Shown here piece after piece: positions 20,678 to 30,124 of a stretch of DNA of 48,553 bases; position 1 is the stretch's first letter, and each line of letters opens with the position of its first letter. The stretch is from positions 16,440-64,992 of the forward strand of contig JBNKNM010000011.1 in assembly GCA_050293845.1 (NCBI GenBank), in the 5' to 3' direction. The translations under genes were made by a program, and so were the position numbers. The stretch comes from Pseudobacteriovorax sp. Lineage in GTDB: Bacteria > Bdellovibrionota_B > Oligoflexia > Oligoflexales > Oligoflexaceae. The notes below the pieces were generated by a model that did no database searches, was not told the DNA's origin, and was given only the letters and a program-made list of their open reading frames with translations.

Positions 20678-21291
20678 CTGTCATAGGTTATCCACTGCCC
20701 TTTTATCTTCATAGGAAACCCCGTGTTCATAGCAATAACAACAGTGCAATGCCGGGCAATCATGACATTGGTTTTACTTACAAGCATGCGGAACAGGCGT
20801 GATAAGGTTTTAGGAGGAGCTAAGCCGGCCCCCACTTCGCTAGTCACCAGTACTGTAGAGTTCGGATATGATGCTATCAAACTCCAGAGCATCTGTACCT
20901 CATGGGTGACTAGGTTAAGCAGCTGCTCATCTGTGTAATTATGACAATGTTGCATCACAAGGGTAGCGATCCACTGATTTAGGGAGTCCACCAGGATCTG
21001 ATCCCCCCGTTTTAAAGCTAACTCCAAGATCTCTAAAAGATCTGATTTGACGTCAATTTGACCCCAATTCTGAGGTCTCATACCTTTTAGCTGACTAATA
21101 CGTTTGGTGAAAAGAGGGTCGCTCAGTATTCCTGTTCCTAGAACAGTTGTAGGCTGAGAGGGGTCTAAAAGGGAGGGAGCGAAATCTGATTTACCCGAAT
21201 AAGCGCCACCTGTGATTAACGCTTTGATGTTTATCTCCCTAGGATCATTACTTTTATGATTATTCTTACGATCAAAATTCACAAAGCTCAA
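20584..21291 (-). CDS. cobU: CobU/CobP-like adenosylcobinamide kinase/guanylyltransferase homologue (divergent; start uncertain)
   Basis: LITGGAYSGKS, ILVDSLNQW, LVTSEVGAG, GFPMKIK; C-terminus overlaps the convergent gene by 94 bp. Confidence 0.75.
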   Translation of the reverse strand: MSFVNFDRKNNHKSNDPREINIKALITGGAYSGKSDFAPSLLDPSQPTTVLGTGILSDPLFTKRISQLKGMRPQNWGQIDVKSDLLEILELALKRGDQILVDSLNQWIATLVMQHCHNYTDEQLLNLVTHEVQMLWSLIASYPNSTVLVTSEVGAGLAPPKTLSRLFRMLVSKTNVMIARHCTVVIAMNTGFPMKIKGQWITYDSQPAVESDCSPTGGSSPLSFEDGLSKGSSAG

Positions 21292-21373
21292 CCTTTTATT
21301 GTTGATTAGAGCAGAGATTGCTATCTATGGTGTCGATATTATTTTGAATCAATATTTAAAGGATAGCGCAGTT

Positions 21374-22612
21374 ATGGGTTTTATTGAAGTCATGAAAGAG
21401 CGGAACATGCTGGCTCAAGTCACACATGAGGGAGAGTTCAAGGCTCATCTTAGTGAAGAACCGCGTACTGCTTATGCAGGCTTTGATCCCACTGCGGATA
21501 GTCTCCATATTGGACATCTCATTCCGGTATTGGGGTTGCGCCGATGGCAACAGGCCGGACATCGGGTGATTGCTGTGTGCGGTGGTGGTACAGCTATGGT
21601 AGGAGATCCCACCGGAAAAAGTGAGATGCGCCAAATGATGACAGAAGAAACTATAGCAGAAAATATTAAGCATATAGAACGGCAGCTGTCTCGATTTCTT
21701 ATTCTTGATGATCCTAAGAAGGGCATTGTTGTGAATAATGCCAGTTGGCTGCGTCCCCTCCAATACCTACCATTTCTCCGTGAGATAGGTCCTCATTTTT
21801 CAGTGAATCGGATGCTTACAGCTGAGTGCTTTAAACAGCGATTGGAAAAGGGTTTATCCTTTCTAGAGTTTAATTACATGTTGTTTCAAAGCTACGATTT
21901 TTATCACCTTTATAAAACCTACAATTGTACAGTTCAACTGGGAGGTGATGATCAATGGAGCAATATCCTTGGGGGGATGGAATTAATCAGACGCAAAGAG
22001 CAGGGCCAGGCATTTTGCATGACTTTACCTTTACTGGTCAATTCTACAGGAAAAAAAATGGGAAAAACGGAATCAGGAGCAGTTTGGCTGGACCCCGATA
22101 AGACGGCTCCCTATGAGTTATTCCAATATTTCAGAAATGTAGAAGATTCTATGGTCGAAAAGTGTCTTTACTATTTTAGCGATCTTCCTGTTGCTACAAT
22201 AAAAGAATTGTCCGCGGTGGAAGGGCAAAAAATAAATGACTCTAAAATAGTGCTCGCTTATGAAGCCACTAAGCTGATTCATGGTGAAGAAGAAGCGGAA
22301 AAAGCAAAAAATATGGCTAGTAAGCTCTTTTCGAAAAACCAGGATGGGGCCAAAAAATCCGATGCTCCAGAAGTAGTTATCAACAAGAGCGATGTGCAAC
22401 CAGAAATGACTTTGATAGATTTCTTACTTTTAGGTAAACTTTTTGCCAGCAAAAGCGAAGGGCGACGCTTGGTGCAGCAGGGTGGGCTTACTGTGAACGG
22501 CGAAAAAATCAATGAAATAAATGCATTAGCAGATTTAAAAAGCTTTGCCACGGCAAGTGGTGTGCAGGTGCGTAAAGGCAAAAAGAACTTTTTTACAGTG
22601 AAACTGGTTTGA
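21374..22612 (+). CDS. tyrS: Tyrosyl-tRNA synthetase
   Basis: YAGFDPTADSLHIGH, QLGGDDQW, KMGKT, C-terminal S4 domain; ATG at 21374 preferred. Confidence 0.97.
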   Translation: MGFIEVMKERNMLAQVTHEGEFKAHLSEEPRTAYAGFDPTADSLHIGHLIPVLGLRRWQQAGHRVIAVCGGGTAMVGDPTGKSEMRQMMTEETIAENIKHIERQLSRFLILDDPKKGIVVNNASWLRPLQYLPFLREIGPHFSVNRMLTAECFKQRLEKGLSFLEFNYMLFQSYDFYHLYKTYNCTVQLGGDDQWSNILGGMELIRRKEQGQAFCMTLPLLVNSTGKKMGKTESGAVWLDPDKTAPYELFQYFRNVEDSMVEKCLYYFSDLPVATIKELSAVEGQKINDSKIVLAYEATKLIHGEEEAEKAKNMASKLFSKNQDGAKKSDAPEVVINKSDVQPEMTLIDFLLLGKLFASKSEGRRLVQQGGLTVNGEKINEINALADLKSFATASGVQVRKGKKNFFTVKLV

Positions 22613-22709
22613 GCTTAAGAACTCTCTTTATACCTACCGATCTCTAATATGGGCAATGTTTAAGCCTGGGTCTGAAAGACTCAATGGAGATCGGGTAAGG
22701 GGGTTTACG

Positions 22710-23228
22710 ATGAAATTGGTGACTTTCTTGAGTTTGACTATGGCTTTGACTGTACCTCTCTTTGCCAAGACCTTAGAAGTTAAGCGCTCGACTAAAATAT
22801 TTGCTTCGCCCGACAAAAGTGGTGCCATCCTAAAACAGCTGGAGAAGGGTGATTTGGTTGAATCTGTTGGCCGTAAGGGGATGTTTTGGAAAGTAAAAAT
22901 AGGTGAAAATCAAGGATTTGTATCCGTCCTCTCTGTAAAACGAAAAGTTACCAAATCAAATGAAATTGCTGATGTGATAAGATCCCAGGCTCGCGAAAGT
23001 AGAGCTAGCGGAGAGAGTGCTAGCATCCGATCACGGTCTGCTGTAATGGGTGTGCGAGGATTGGATGAATCGGATAACCTTGCCACTGCTGGCAATATTA
23101 AGCCCGATCTTAGAGCGGTTTATAAAATGGAAGACCAGCATGTCATTGGTTCAAAAGTAGTTAATGCTTATGAAAGTAGAATTAGCAAAGAAATAGAGCG
23201 AATTCTTCAAAAAAACCAAAATAATTAA
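22710..23228 (+). CDS. Secreted SH3-domain protein
   Basis: Signal MKLVTFLSLTMALTVPLFA; SH3b-like IFASPD...LEKGDLV...FWKVKIGENQGFV; SAVMGVRGL motif. Confidence 0.75.
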   Translation: MKLVTFLSLTMALTVPLFAKTLEVKRSTKIFASPDKSGAILKQLEKGDLVESVGRKGMFWKVKIGENQGFVSVLSVKRKVTKSNEIADVIRSQARESRASGESASIRSRSAVMGVRGLDESDNLATAGNIKPDLRAVYKMEDQHVIGSKVVNAYESRISKEIERILQKNQNN

Positions 23229-23328
23229 TTTCTCCCAATAACTGTCATTTGCCTGACCCACTACTCTCACTTTAAGATATCATTTACAATTATATTGTTT
23301 GCTGAAATGTTTTGCATTGGAGCTGCCA

Positions 23329-24291
23329 ATGAGTATCAGGAGTCTGGTATCAATTATCTATCTATTATGCTCTTTTCTTTTTGTATACTCATGTATAAGC
23401 ACTACTAAAACGGAAGAAAAGGCAACGAAGTATTCAGAAGAAGAACTGAGAGTTCTTGAAAAGGCTCGTAAAGAGTTGGAAATCGGACGCAATATGGCTG
23501 GTCGGTTATTGCGGCTTTGGGGAACAGTGAACCTTACTCAGTTAACTGAGTATGTGAACCAAGTTGCAGCATACACCGCGACCTATAGTCCCTTTGTGGA
23601 TCGACGCTTTATGGTAGAAATCCTGGATACAGAGCAGGTTAATGCCTTTGCCTGTCCTGGTGGTTATATCTTATTGACAAAGGGTGCTGTCATGAATGCC
23701 ACAAGTGAGGCAGAGCTTGCTGCAGTTCTATCTCATGAAATCGCTCATGTTGGTAAAGAGCATATGCTTAACAAATTAGCTTCTATGAACCAAGATCAAG
23801 AAAAGAAGAATAGTAAACCATTACCTCCCTCCATAGCAGTTAGAAAACGACCAGATCCTAAAAAATCATTGGCTGGGGATATGTTAGCGAAGTATATCGC
23901 CGGTTCGGTAGCAGGCCTCAACGTGTTGAAAGCAGCAAAACAGGGCCTTTCGGTGATTCTAGAAAAGGGATTAGGTGCTGAGTTAGAATTTGAAGCTGAT
24001 AAAGAAGGTATTCAATATTTAGTTGCAGCAGGATACTATCCCTATGCCTTGGTCGATTTTCTATGCCGCATAGAGGTTCGCAGAGGAAGTAAAAAAGAAG
24101 ATTGCTTCAAATCGAATACTAAAATTTCTCCTAAAAAGAAAACCATACTCGATAAAACTCATCCTAGTGTTCCCAAGCGAATCAATGCTGTTATGAGTCA
24201 GTTAGCAATGCTAGATGCTAACAAAATCATTGGAGCTAAAGGACGTAAACGTTTTAAAAAGAAAAAGAGTTTGCTAAGTAGGGCTAACTAA
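23329..24291 (+). CDS. M48-family zinc metallopeptidase lipoprotein
   Basis: Lipobox VYS|C, NAFACPGG, LAAVLSHEIAH, EFEAD, THP. Confidence 0.9.
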   Translation: MSIRSLVSIIYLLCSFLFVYSCISTTKTEEKATKYSEEELRVLEKARKELEIGRNMAGRLLRLWGTVNLTQLTEYVNQVAAYTATYSPFVDRRFMVEILDTEQVNAFACPGGYILLTKGAVMNATSEAELAAVLSHEIAHVGKEHMLNKLASMNQDQEKKNSKPLPPSIAVRKRPDPKKSLAGDMLAKYIAGSVAGLNVLKAAKQGLSVILEKGLGAELEFEADKEGIQYLVAAGYYPYALVDFLCRIEVRRGSKKEDCFKSNTKISPKKKTILDKTHPSVPKRINAVMSQLAMLDANKIIGAKGRKRFKKKKSLLSRAN

Positions 24292-24300
24292 GAGGTATTT

Positions 24301-25569
24301 ATGTGCAGGTCTTATTTGTTCTGGTTGCTATTAATTACCATGGCTTATCCTTCTATGGTTTTGGCAGATATATTTCATTACAATAATACTTTGGTTGGTG
24401 AAAGAGCTATGGGCCTTGGAGGTGCTTATACTGCCATTGCTGATGATGCTTCAGGAGTTTTTTATAATCCATCGGGAATGGCTTTTGCTGCTTCTAGTGA
24501 AGTTTCTGGTTCGGCAAATGCTTTTTTCCGTCGGAAAATTCGTTATAAAACAACTATTGGTCAAGACGATTTTTTTGAACGTAGTAAGGAAGGTACCACC
24601 ACACCTTTTTTTGGTTTAATGCAAAATCTCAAAGATTTTCATGACGGATTAGTCGTCGGATTTGGTCTGTATACAACTGATTCCGAACTTAAAAATCAAA
24701 ATGATTTGATCGTGAACCCGAACTTAGGACTTCGCCGTTTCCATCGCACGGCAAATGTTCGGGCAAGTACGACAGGATTCGGATTAGGAGTGGCTCAACG
24801 GCTTAATCATTCCTTTGCACTCGGAGGCTCCATTCATGGTATCTATATTGATGAGTTAACCCAAGAGTATCAGCATGTGACGTATACCGACGGTCGGTAT
24901 CTTAACCAGAATGTACGCTCTCACTTAGAAGTGACGGGGCTGGAAATTTCATTGGGAGCCCAGTATGCTCTCAATAGTCTGTCTTTTGGCATCAATCTTA
25001 AAATCCGGTCGATTGTAGAGGAAGGTTTCGATGATGGTTATGATTTGACACTTAACTTTGATGACAGGTTTACTCAGACATACGAAACCTTACCAGTGCC
25101 CTTGCAGATCTTCCGTAACAACAAAATTGAAGAGCCATTAGGCCACTTGCCTCTGGAGTTACGTATGGGTGTGGCATGGTTTGTTTCTGCCAGGCTTTTA
25201 GCTAGCTTCGATATCAGTTATACTGGTGAGGCTAAAGAGGGAGACAGTAGGTATGATCGTGAATCTGTTACAAACTTTGCAACAGGCGCTGAATATTATA
25301 TAACTCCATCAGTCCCTATTCGGGTTGGACTATTCACTAATAACGACGCACGAAAGCCCGTGGTCGCAGGAAAGTCTAACCAACCTGATCATATTGACTA
25401 TACTGGAATGTCACTCTTTTTCGTTTTTGTTCAACCCAATTCGCAGATTGCAATTGGTACCATTTATCAAGCAGGTAGCGGAAAGGCTCAAAAAACGACT
25501 GGTAGTGCCATTCAAGATGTTGAGGCCGAATCGATAACCGTCGCCTTTTCGGCGACTCAAAGCTTTTAG
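24301..25569 (+). CDS. OmpP1/FadL/TodX-family outer-membrane beta-barrel
   Basis: Signal peptide, GERAMGLGGAYTAIADDASGVFYNPSG, C-terminal Phe. Confidence 0.85.
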   Translation: MCRSYLFWLLLITMAYPSMVLADIFHYNNTLVGERAMGLGGAYTAIADDASGVFYNPSGMAFAASSEVSGSANAFFRRKIRYKTTIGQDDFFERSKEGTTTPFFGLMQNLKDFHDGLVVGFGLYTTDSELKNQNDLIVNPNLGLRRFHRTANVRASTTGFGLGVAQRLNHSFALGGSIHGIYIDELTQEYQHVTYTDGRYLNQNVRSHLEVTGLEISLGAQYALNSLSFGINLKIRSIVEEGFDDGYDLTLNFDDRFTQTYETLPVPLQIFRNNKIEEPLGHLPLELRMGVAWFVSARLLASFDISYTGEAKEGDSRYDRESVTNFATGAEYYITPSVPIRVGLFTNNDARKPVVAGKSNQPDHIDYTGMSLFFVFVQPNSQIAIGTIYQAGSGKAQKTTGSAIQDVEAESITVAFSATQSF

Positions 25570-25580
25570 AGGTAGATTTT

Positions 25581-26057
25581 ATGGCAGTAGAACATATTCC
25601 TTTTACACCTCAAGGATACGATGATCTCAAACTAGAACTAGAGAAACTAAAATCAGTTGAACGTCCTAAGGTGATTGAAGAAATTGCAGAAGCACGGGCC
25701 CATGGTGATCTCAAAGAAAATGCGGAATATCATGCAGCTCGGGATAAACAAAGTTTTATTGAAGGCAGAATTACGATTCTCGATGACCATATTGCTAGGG
25801 CAAATGTAATAGACTTTCGTAATGAGCAACCCGATTGTGTCAAGTTTGGTGCGTTTGTCACCGTAGAAGACATGATGAATGGCGATAAAAAAACGTATCG
25901 CATTGTAGGTGATCTAGAAGCTGATATTGCGAAAAACCGGATTTCCCTTGGTTCACCTATTGCCAAGGCCCTAATGGGAAAAAAGATCGATGATGACGTC
26001 GTGTGTAAAGTGCCAAAAGGTACGATGGAGTATACCATTGTAGATATTTCGTACTAG
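25581..26057 (+). CDS. greA: Transcription elongation factor GreA
   Basis: ARAHGDLKENAEYHAA, ISLGSPIAKAL. Confidence 0.96.
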   Translation: MAVEHIPFTPQGYDDLKLELEKLKSVERPKVIEEIAEARAHGDLKENAEYHAARDKQSFIEGRITILDDHIARANVIDFRNEQPDCVKFGAFVTVEDMMNGDKKTYRIVGDLEADIAKNRISLGSPIAKALMGKKIDDDVVCKVPKGTMEYTIVDISY

Positions 26058-26064
26058 ACTTCCC

Positions 26065-27300
26065 TTATTTCCCTATAATCTGTTTACCCGCAATAAATAC
26101 ATGACTTGGCTTGGTCTGGCCAAAATCGGCTAGCCAAGCTTCTTTTGTGCCGCAAGGATGAATGAGGAGATCCCCATCGAAACCTTTCCCTAGCGCACCT
26201 TTGCAGTCCTGTAATCCTAGCGACTTAGCTGCCACTGCAGTAACAGCAGCCAGGGTGGTAGGAAGATTGATTTGGCAGTACAATGCTCCCAGGCTAGCGA
26301 TAAATGGCAGACTAGCAAAGGTACAAGATCCAGGATTGAAGTCCGTAGCTAGGGCTATGGGAATACCAGCAGCGACAAACTCCTGTCCTGGAGCGAATTT
26401 AATTTTGGAATAAAGGGAAGTGCCCGGCAGCAAGGTGGCTATGACACCAGCATCAGCAAGTGCCTTTCTGCCTTTTGGCGAGCATTCTTCTAGGTGATCG
26501 GCACTATAAGCTTGCCATCTGGCAGCTGCGGTGGCAGCACCGCTATCGTTAAATTCATCTGCATGAATACGAATTTTGAAGCCCAGCTCTTTAGCTTTTA
26601 AAAAGTACCTTTGACACTCTCCTACAGAGAAATAACCATTTTCTACAAAAGCGTCCACCCAGCTAGCTAAACCTCTGGATTTGATTTCTTCTAATACTGC
26701 TGTCATGGTTTCGACAAATGAGCCTTTATCCGTGATACCCCTTGGAGTGGCATGAAGTCCCAGGTAAGTGATCTCCAAATGCTGTTGGCTAATCATCTGC
26801 AATTGGTTAATAATCTCTAAATGGCGTACTTCTTCTTGGGGGCTCTGGCCATAACCGGTTTTACATTCTAGTGTGGTCACGCCAAACTGCAAAAAGCCCT
26901 GCAAGTGCTTCTGTGTTCTATGCAGCAGTTCGTCATCTGATGCCGCTCTGGTTGTGGCAATGGTATACCGAATGCCTCCCCCTTCAGCTGCTATATCCTG
27001 ATAGGTTTTGCCAGAGACACGTGCAGCAAATTCATGGGACCTGTCACCGGCAAATAGGGGATGGGTATGGCTGTCAATAAGTCCTGGAAGGACAAGGCCG
27101 CCCTCAGCATCTAGGCTTGAAATACTGGCATGAGTAGTAGGAACAGGACCATTGCCGTAGTCTTTGATCTTCCCGTCTTTAAGCAGTATCCAAGCATCCT
27201 TTAAGCATCCTAAATGGCTTTCTTCTATGTTGACATAGCTACCAGTTTCGACGATACCGGACATGGTTACTAATTCACCTATGTTACGGATCAGCAGCAA
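26065..27300 (-). CDS. hutI: Imidazolonepropionase
   Basis: PGLIDSHTH, GGGIRYT, ECKTGYG, HADE, SADHLE, ATDFNPG. Confidence 0.93.
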   Translation of the reverse strand: MLLIRNIGELVTMSGIVETGSYVNIEESHLGCLKDAWILLKDGKIKDYGNGPVPTTHASISSLDAEGGLVLPGLIDSHTHPLFAGDRSHEFAARVSGKTYQDIAAEGGGIRYTIATTRAASDDELLHRTQKHLQGFLQFGVTTLECKTGYGQSPQEEVRHLEIINQLQMISQQHLEITYLGLHATPRGITDKGSFVETMTAVLEEIKSRGLASWVDAFVENGYFSVGECQRYFLKAKELGFKIRIHADEFNDSGAATAAARWQAYSADHLEECSPKGRKALADAGVIATLLPGTSLYSKIKFAPGQEFVAAGIPIALATDFNPGSCTFASLPFIASLGALYCQINLPTTLAAVTAVAAKSLGLQDCKGALGKGFDGDLLIHPCGTKEAWLADFGQTKPSHVFIAGKQIIGK

Positions 27301-27311
27301 AAGTAAGCCTC

Positions 27312-28769
27312 CTAATCAGGAATTTTGATGGTCCAACGAGTCTCTGTTGGCATGTCTTGAAGCTCTATGCCCCGAGCCGAAAGATCGTTGCGGATGCTGT
27401 CAGCTTTGGTGAATTCCTTATGGGCGCGTGCCTCTTTTCGTTGCGTAATAGCCTGCTCAATTTCGCTACGGCTAATTCCAAGTTGAGGTAGGATTTTGTC
27501 TTTTAAAGACTCAATAAACCTAGTGGGATCTTCCTGCAAAAGTCCGAAAACATCAAACAGTTCGCGAAATACCCTGGTATAAAGTGCCGCAGTTGATGAC
27601 CTTGCTGGCGATTTTTTTAGTTTTGATAACTCACGGGCTTTCTTTAGACCAAGGTGTAGATCGCGTAACGCGCATACCGTCGAAAAATCGTGGCTCATTT
27701 CCTTATGAAAAGCCTCTATGAAGTCCTGAGGCTGGTGTTCTGGTAATAATGCGGCATCTGTAGCATATTGCTGGGCTATCTGATCAAGCTCTTGCAAAGT
27801 TTCATAGAAATAAAGAAGCTTTCTTAGGCAGCTATAAAAGACACTTTCATTGAAATCTACATTAGACGAGTATTGGTTTTGCAAATAGGCTAGGCGTAGG
27901 ACTTCACCGGGAAATTGCTTTATGAAATCTTTTATCAGGATATGATTTCCTAAGCTTTTCGACATTTTTTGTTTATTGATGGTGAGTAGTCCTGAATGCA
28001 TCCATATACTTGCATAGTTGCAGCAGTTAGCAGCTTCTGATTGGGCGATCTCATTTTCGTGGTGGGGAAAAACTAAATCGCGGCCCCCTCCATGGATATC
28101 GAAACTTTTCCCGAGAATGGCTTTCGCCATAGCGCTACACTCGATATGCCATCCTGGTCTTCCTTTTCCCCAGGGACTATTCCAGCAGGCTCCTGCTGTT
28201 GTGTCGCTTTTCCAAAGGGCGAAATCAAGGCTATCCTCCTTTTCTCCGACAGCCAGCTCGCGGGTATGGGAAATGAGCTCTTCAATTTTGCGATTAGATA
28301 ATTTTCCGTAGTCATTTTTTTTACGAACGCGGTAGTAAACATCCCCTTGGCTTGTGGCATAGGCAAAGCCATTAGAAATCAGCTCCTGAATCATGTCTAT
28401 GATTTCTGGGATATACTCCGAAACTTTAGGTTCGTGGTTTGCAGGAGCGACCCCAATAGCTTTCATATCCGCGACGGTGGCATCGATAATCTGCTGCGAT
28501 AGCTCTAGGGGGGAGATACCTAATGTGGCTGCTTTGTTGATAATTTTATCATCAACATCGGTATAATTTCTTACATAAGTCACCTGGTAGCCCGCATATT
28601 CTAGATAGCGTCTTATCGCATCAAAGTAGATGGCTTGCATCGCGTGGCCAATATGACAATGATCGTAGACTGTGACACCACATGCATATATTTTTACATG
28701 TCCCTTTTCCAGTGGCTGGAGCTCCTGTTTTTTTCCTGTTAGGGTGTCAGAGATCACTATCTTACGCAC
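27312..28769 (-). CDS. cysS: Cysteinyl-tRNA synthetase
   Basis: YACGVTVYDHCHIGH, DFALWK, PGWHIECSAM, KMSKS. Confidence 0.97.
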   Translation of the reverse strand: MRKIVISDTLTGKKQELQPLEKGHVKIYACGVTVYDHCHIGHAMQAIYFDAIRRYLEYAGYQVTYVRNYTDVDDKIINKAATLGISPLELSQQIIDATVADMKAIGVAPANHEPKVSEYIPEIIDMIQELISNGFAYATSQGDVYYRVRKKNDYGKLSNRKIEELISHTRELAVGEKEDSLDFALWKSDTTAGACWNSPWGKGRPGWHIECSAMAKAILGKSFDIHGGGRDLVFPHHENEIAQSEAANCCNYASIWMHSGLLTINKQKMSKSLGNHILIKDFIKQFPGEVLRLAYLQNQYSSNVDFNESVFYSCLRKLLYFYETLQELDQIAQQYATDAALLPEHQPQDFIEAFHKEMSHDFSTVCALRDLHLGLKKARELSKLKKSPARSSTAALYTRVFRELFDVFGLLQEDPTRFIESLKDKILPQLGISRSEIEQAITQRKEARAHKEFTKADSIRNDLSARGIELQDMPTETRWTIKIPD

Positions 28770-28894
28770 GAATTTACTCCCAAAATAAAACCGGATAAAA
28801 GAAAGACTTTCTTATACCCTAAGCCGGTGGCAACTTCCATATATTAGCAAATCCTGTAAGGATAGTCATTTCCGTAGGAAGGAGCCATCGGCAC

Positions 28895-28921
28895 TCAAGG
28901 TGTCTGTGAACCTGTCGATAG
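28895..28921 (+). promoter_or_regulatory. Putative sigma-28 (FliA)-type promoter
   Basis: TCAA-N15-GTCGATAG immediately before the 28934 ORF. Confidence 0.5.
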
Positions 28922-28933
28922 GTAAGCTGACAC

Positions 28934-29269
28934 ATGGGAGCGTGTATGGGACGGAATTCAGATCACAAAATCGATGTCAGCGATCTACAATATTATTTTG
29001 ATGCCCAGGAGAAAAATACCCTTGACGGGTCCAAGTACTGCATTAAATCAAGGGCTATCCTCGCTCTCCGCGACAGACTCCTCAATCTTCCCGATGCAGA
29101 TTTTGATTCCGCTATGAAAACCCTAAATGGTTTTATTGATCAGCAGAGTAAAAGTCATAATTCTGACGCTAATACAAGTCCTCAGTCTCAAGAGAAAGAT
29201 GCAATGCGTCTTTATGAACAAGGAACTGCAAAAGAAGCCATCGGTACCTCTAAAGTAAATCCCATCTAA
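28934..29269 (+). CDS. Hypothetical protein (start may be the second ATG)
   Basis: 111-aa ORF filling the gap divergent from cysS; no recognisable motif. Confidence 0.55.
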   Translation: MGACMGRNSDHKIDVSDLQYYFDAQEKNTLDGSKYCIKSRAILALRDRLLNLPDADFDSAMKTLNGFIDQQSKSHNSDANTSPQSQEKDAMRLYEQGTAKEAIGTSKVNPI

Positions 29270-29416
29270 AATCGAATACTGCTAGGTACCCCATGTATGG
29301 TGTACACTTTGACAGTGGTGCGCTAATATAAAGGCAGCATCTGAATAAATTTAGTCAGAAAATCAGAAGCTTCGCAGCTTTGTAGGTAAACCTAGCATGC
29401 TGATGGGTGAATTTAA

Positions 29417-29992
29417 GTGAATGGTTTAGAATGGACCGATGAAATGAAAATGGAGCTGATACGTTTGAAGGGTGAACTATCCCATCAATCCATTTCCGTC
29501 ATTGAAAAGGGAATTGGTGTAGGACATTTTAAAAAAGTCATTCCTCCCGAAGCTAAGAGCCAGCAACGGACGGCAACAGTAAACAAGGAGCTTGGTAACA
29601 AAACAAATCATACCAATTATCAAGCTCCCTTGCGATCGCAGTTTGTAGCTACAGATAAGCTGAAGCAAAAGCGTGCGAGTTTTCAACAACCCTCCGCAAG
29701 ACATCGATTAAAGGTCATGATTTACGATATGGTTTTTATTCTTGCGACACTTATTGTCGGGACCCTATCTTTGAATATTGTGATAGGCAGCGAAGAAATC
29801 ATAGGCACAGTAAAAGGTATTTATATGCCTTTTTTACCTTGGAAAACGCCTGAAGCAACTTACTTTTTTGTAGCAATTTTATCATTGTATATACTTTATA
29901 GACTAATTTTTAAGCTTTTTTTAGGGCGTACTCTGGGTGAAAGCCTTGTCCATAAAGAGGTTAAAGCAAAGAATCGAGTTGCCCGCCGCTAG
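29417..29992 (+). CDS. Hypothetical membrane protein with RDD-like C-terminus
   Basis: Two TM segments; RLKVMIYD...GRTLGE resembles the RDD family. Confidence 0.55.
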   Translation: MNGLEWTDEMKMELIRLKGELSHQSISVIEKGIGVGHFKKVIPPEAKSQQRTATVNKELGNKTNHTNYQAPLRSQFVATDKLKQKRASFQQPSARHRLKVMIYDMVFILATLIVGTLSLNIVIGSEEIIGTVKGIYMPFLPWKTPEATYFFVAILSLYILYRLIFKLFLGRTLGESLVHKEVKAKNRVARR

Positions 29993-30026
29993 CAGTAAGG
30001 CTTACAGAGTTTTTAACTAGGTAGCC

Positions 30027-30056
30027 TTGACAGTCCCAATATGTGGTATGTATAGT
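30027..30056 (+). promoter_or_regulatory. Sigma-70-type promoter for the HTH regulator gene
   Basis: TTGACA-N18-TATAGT. Confidence 0.55.
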
Positions 30057-30124
30057 TGTAATAAGCCTTTTCAATTTTTATTTATCTTTTCACCAGCGTC
30101 ACAGCAAAGACGTCGGAGGAAGCC

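Noticed and set aside
22616..22643. Sigma-28 promoter before the SH3 gene (TAAG...ACCGATCT)
   Set aside because: The spacing is 16 bp and the -10 is weaker, so it was not counted among the FliA-like sites
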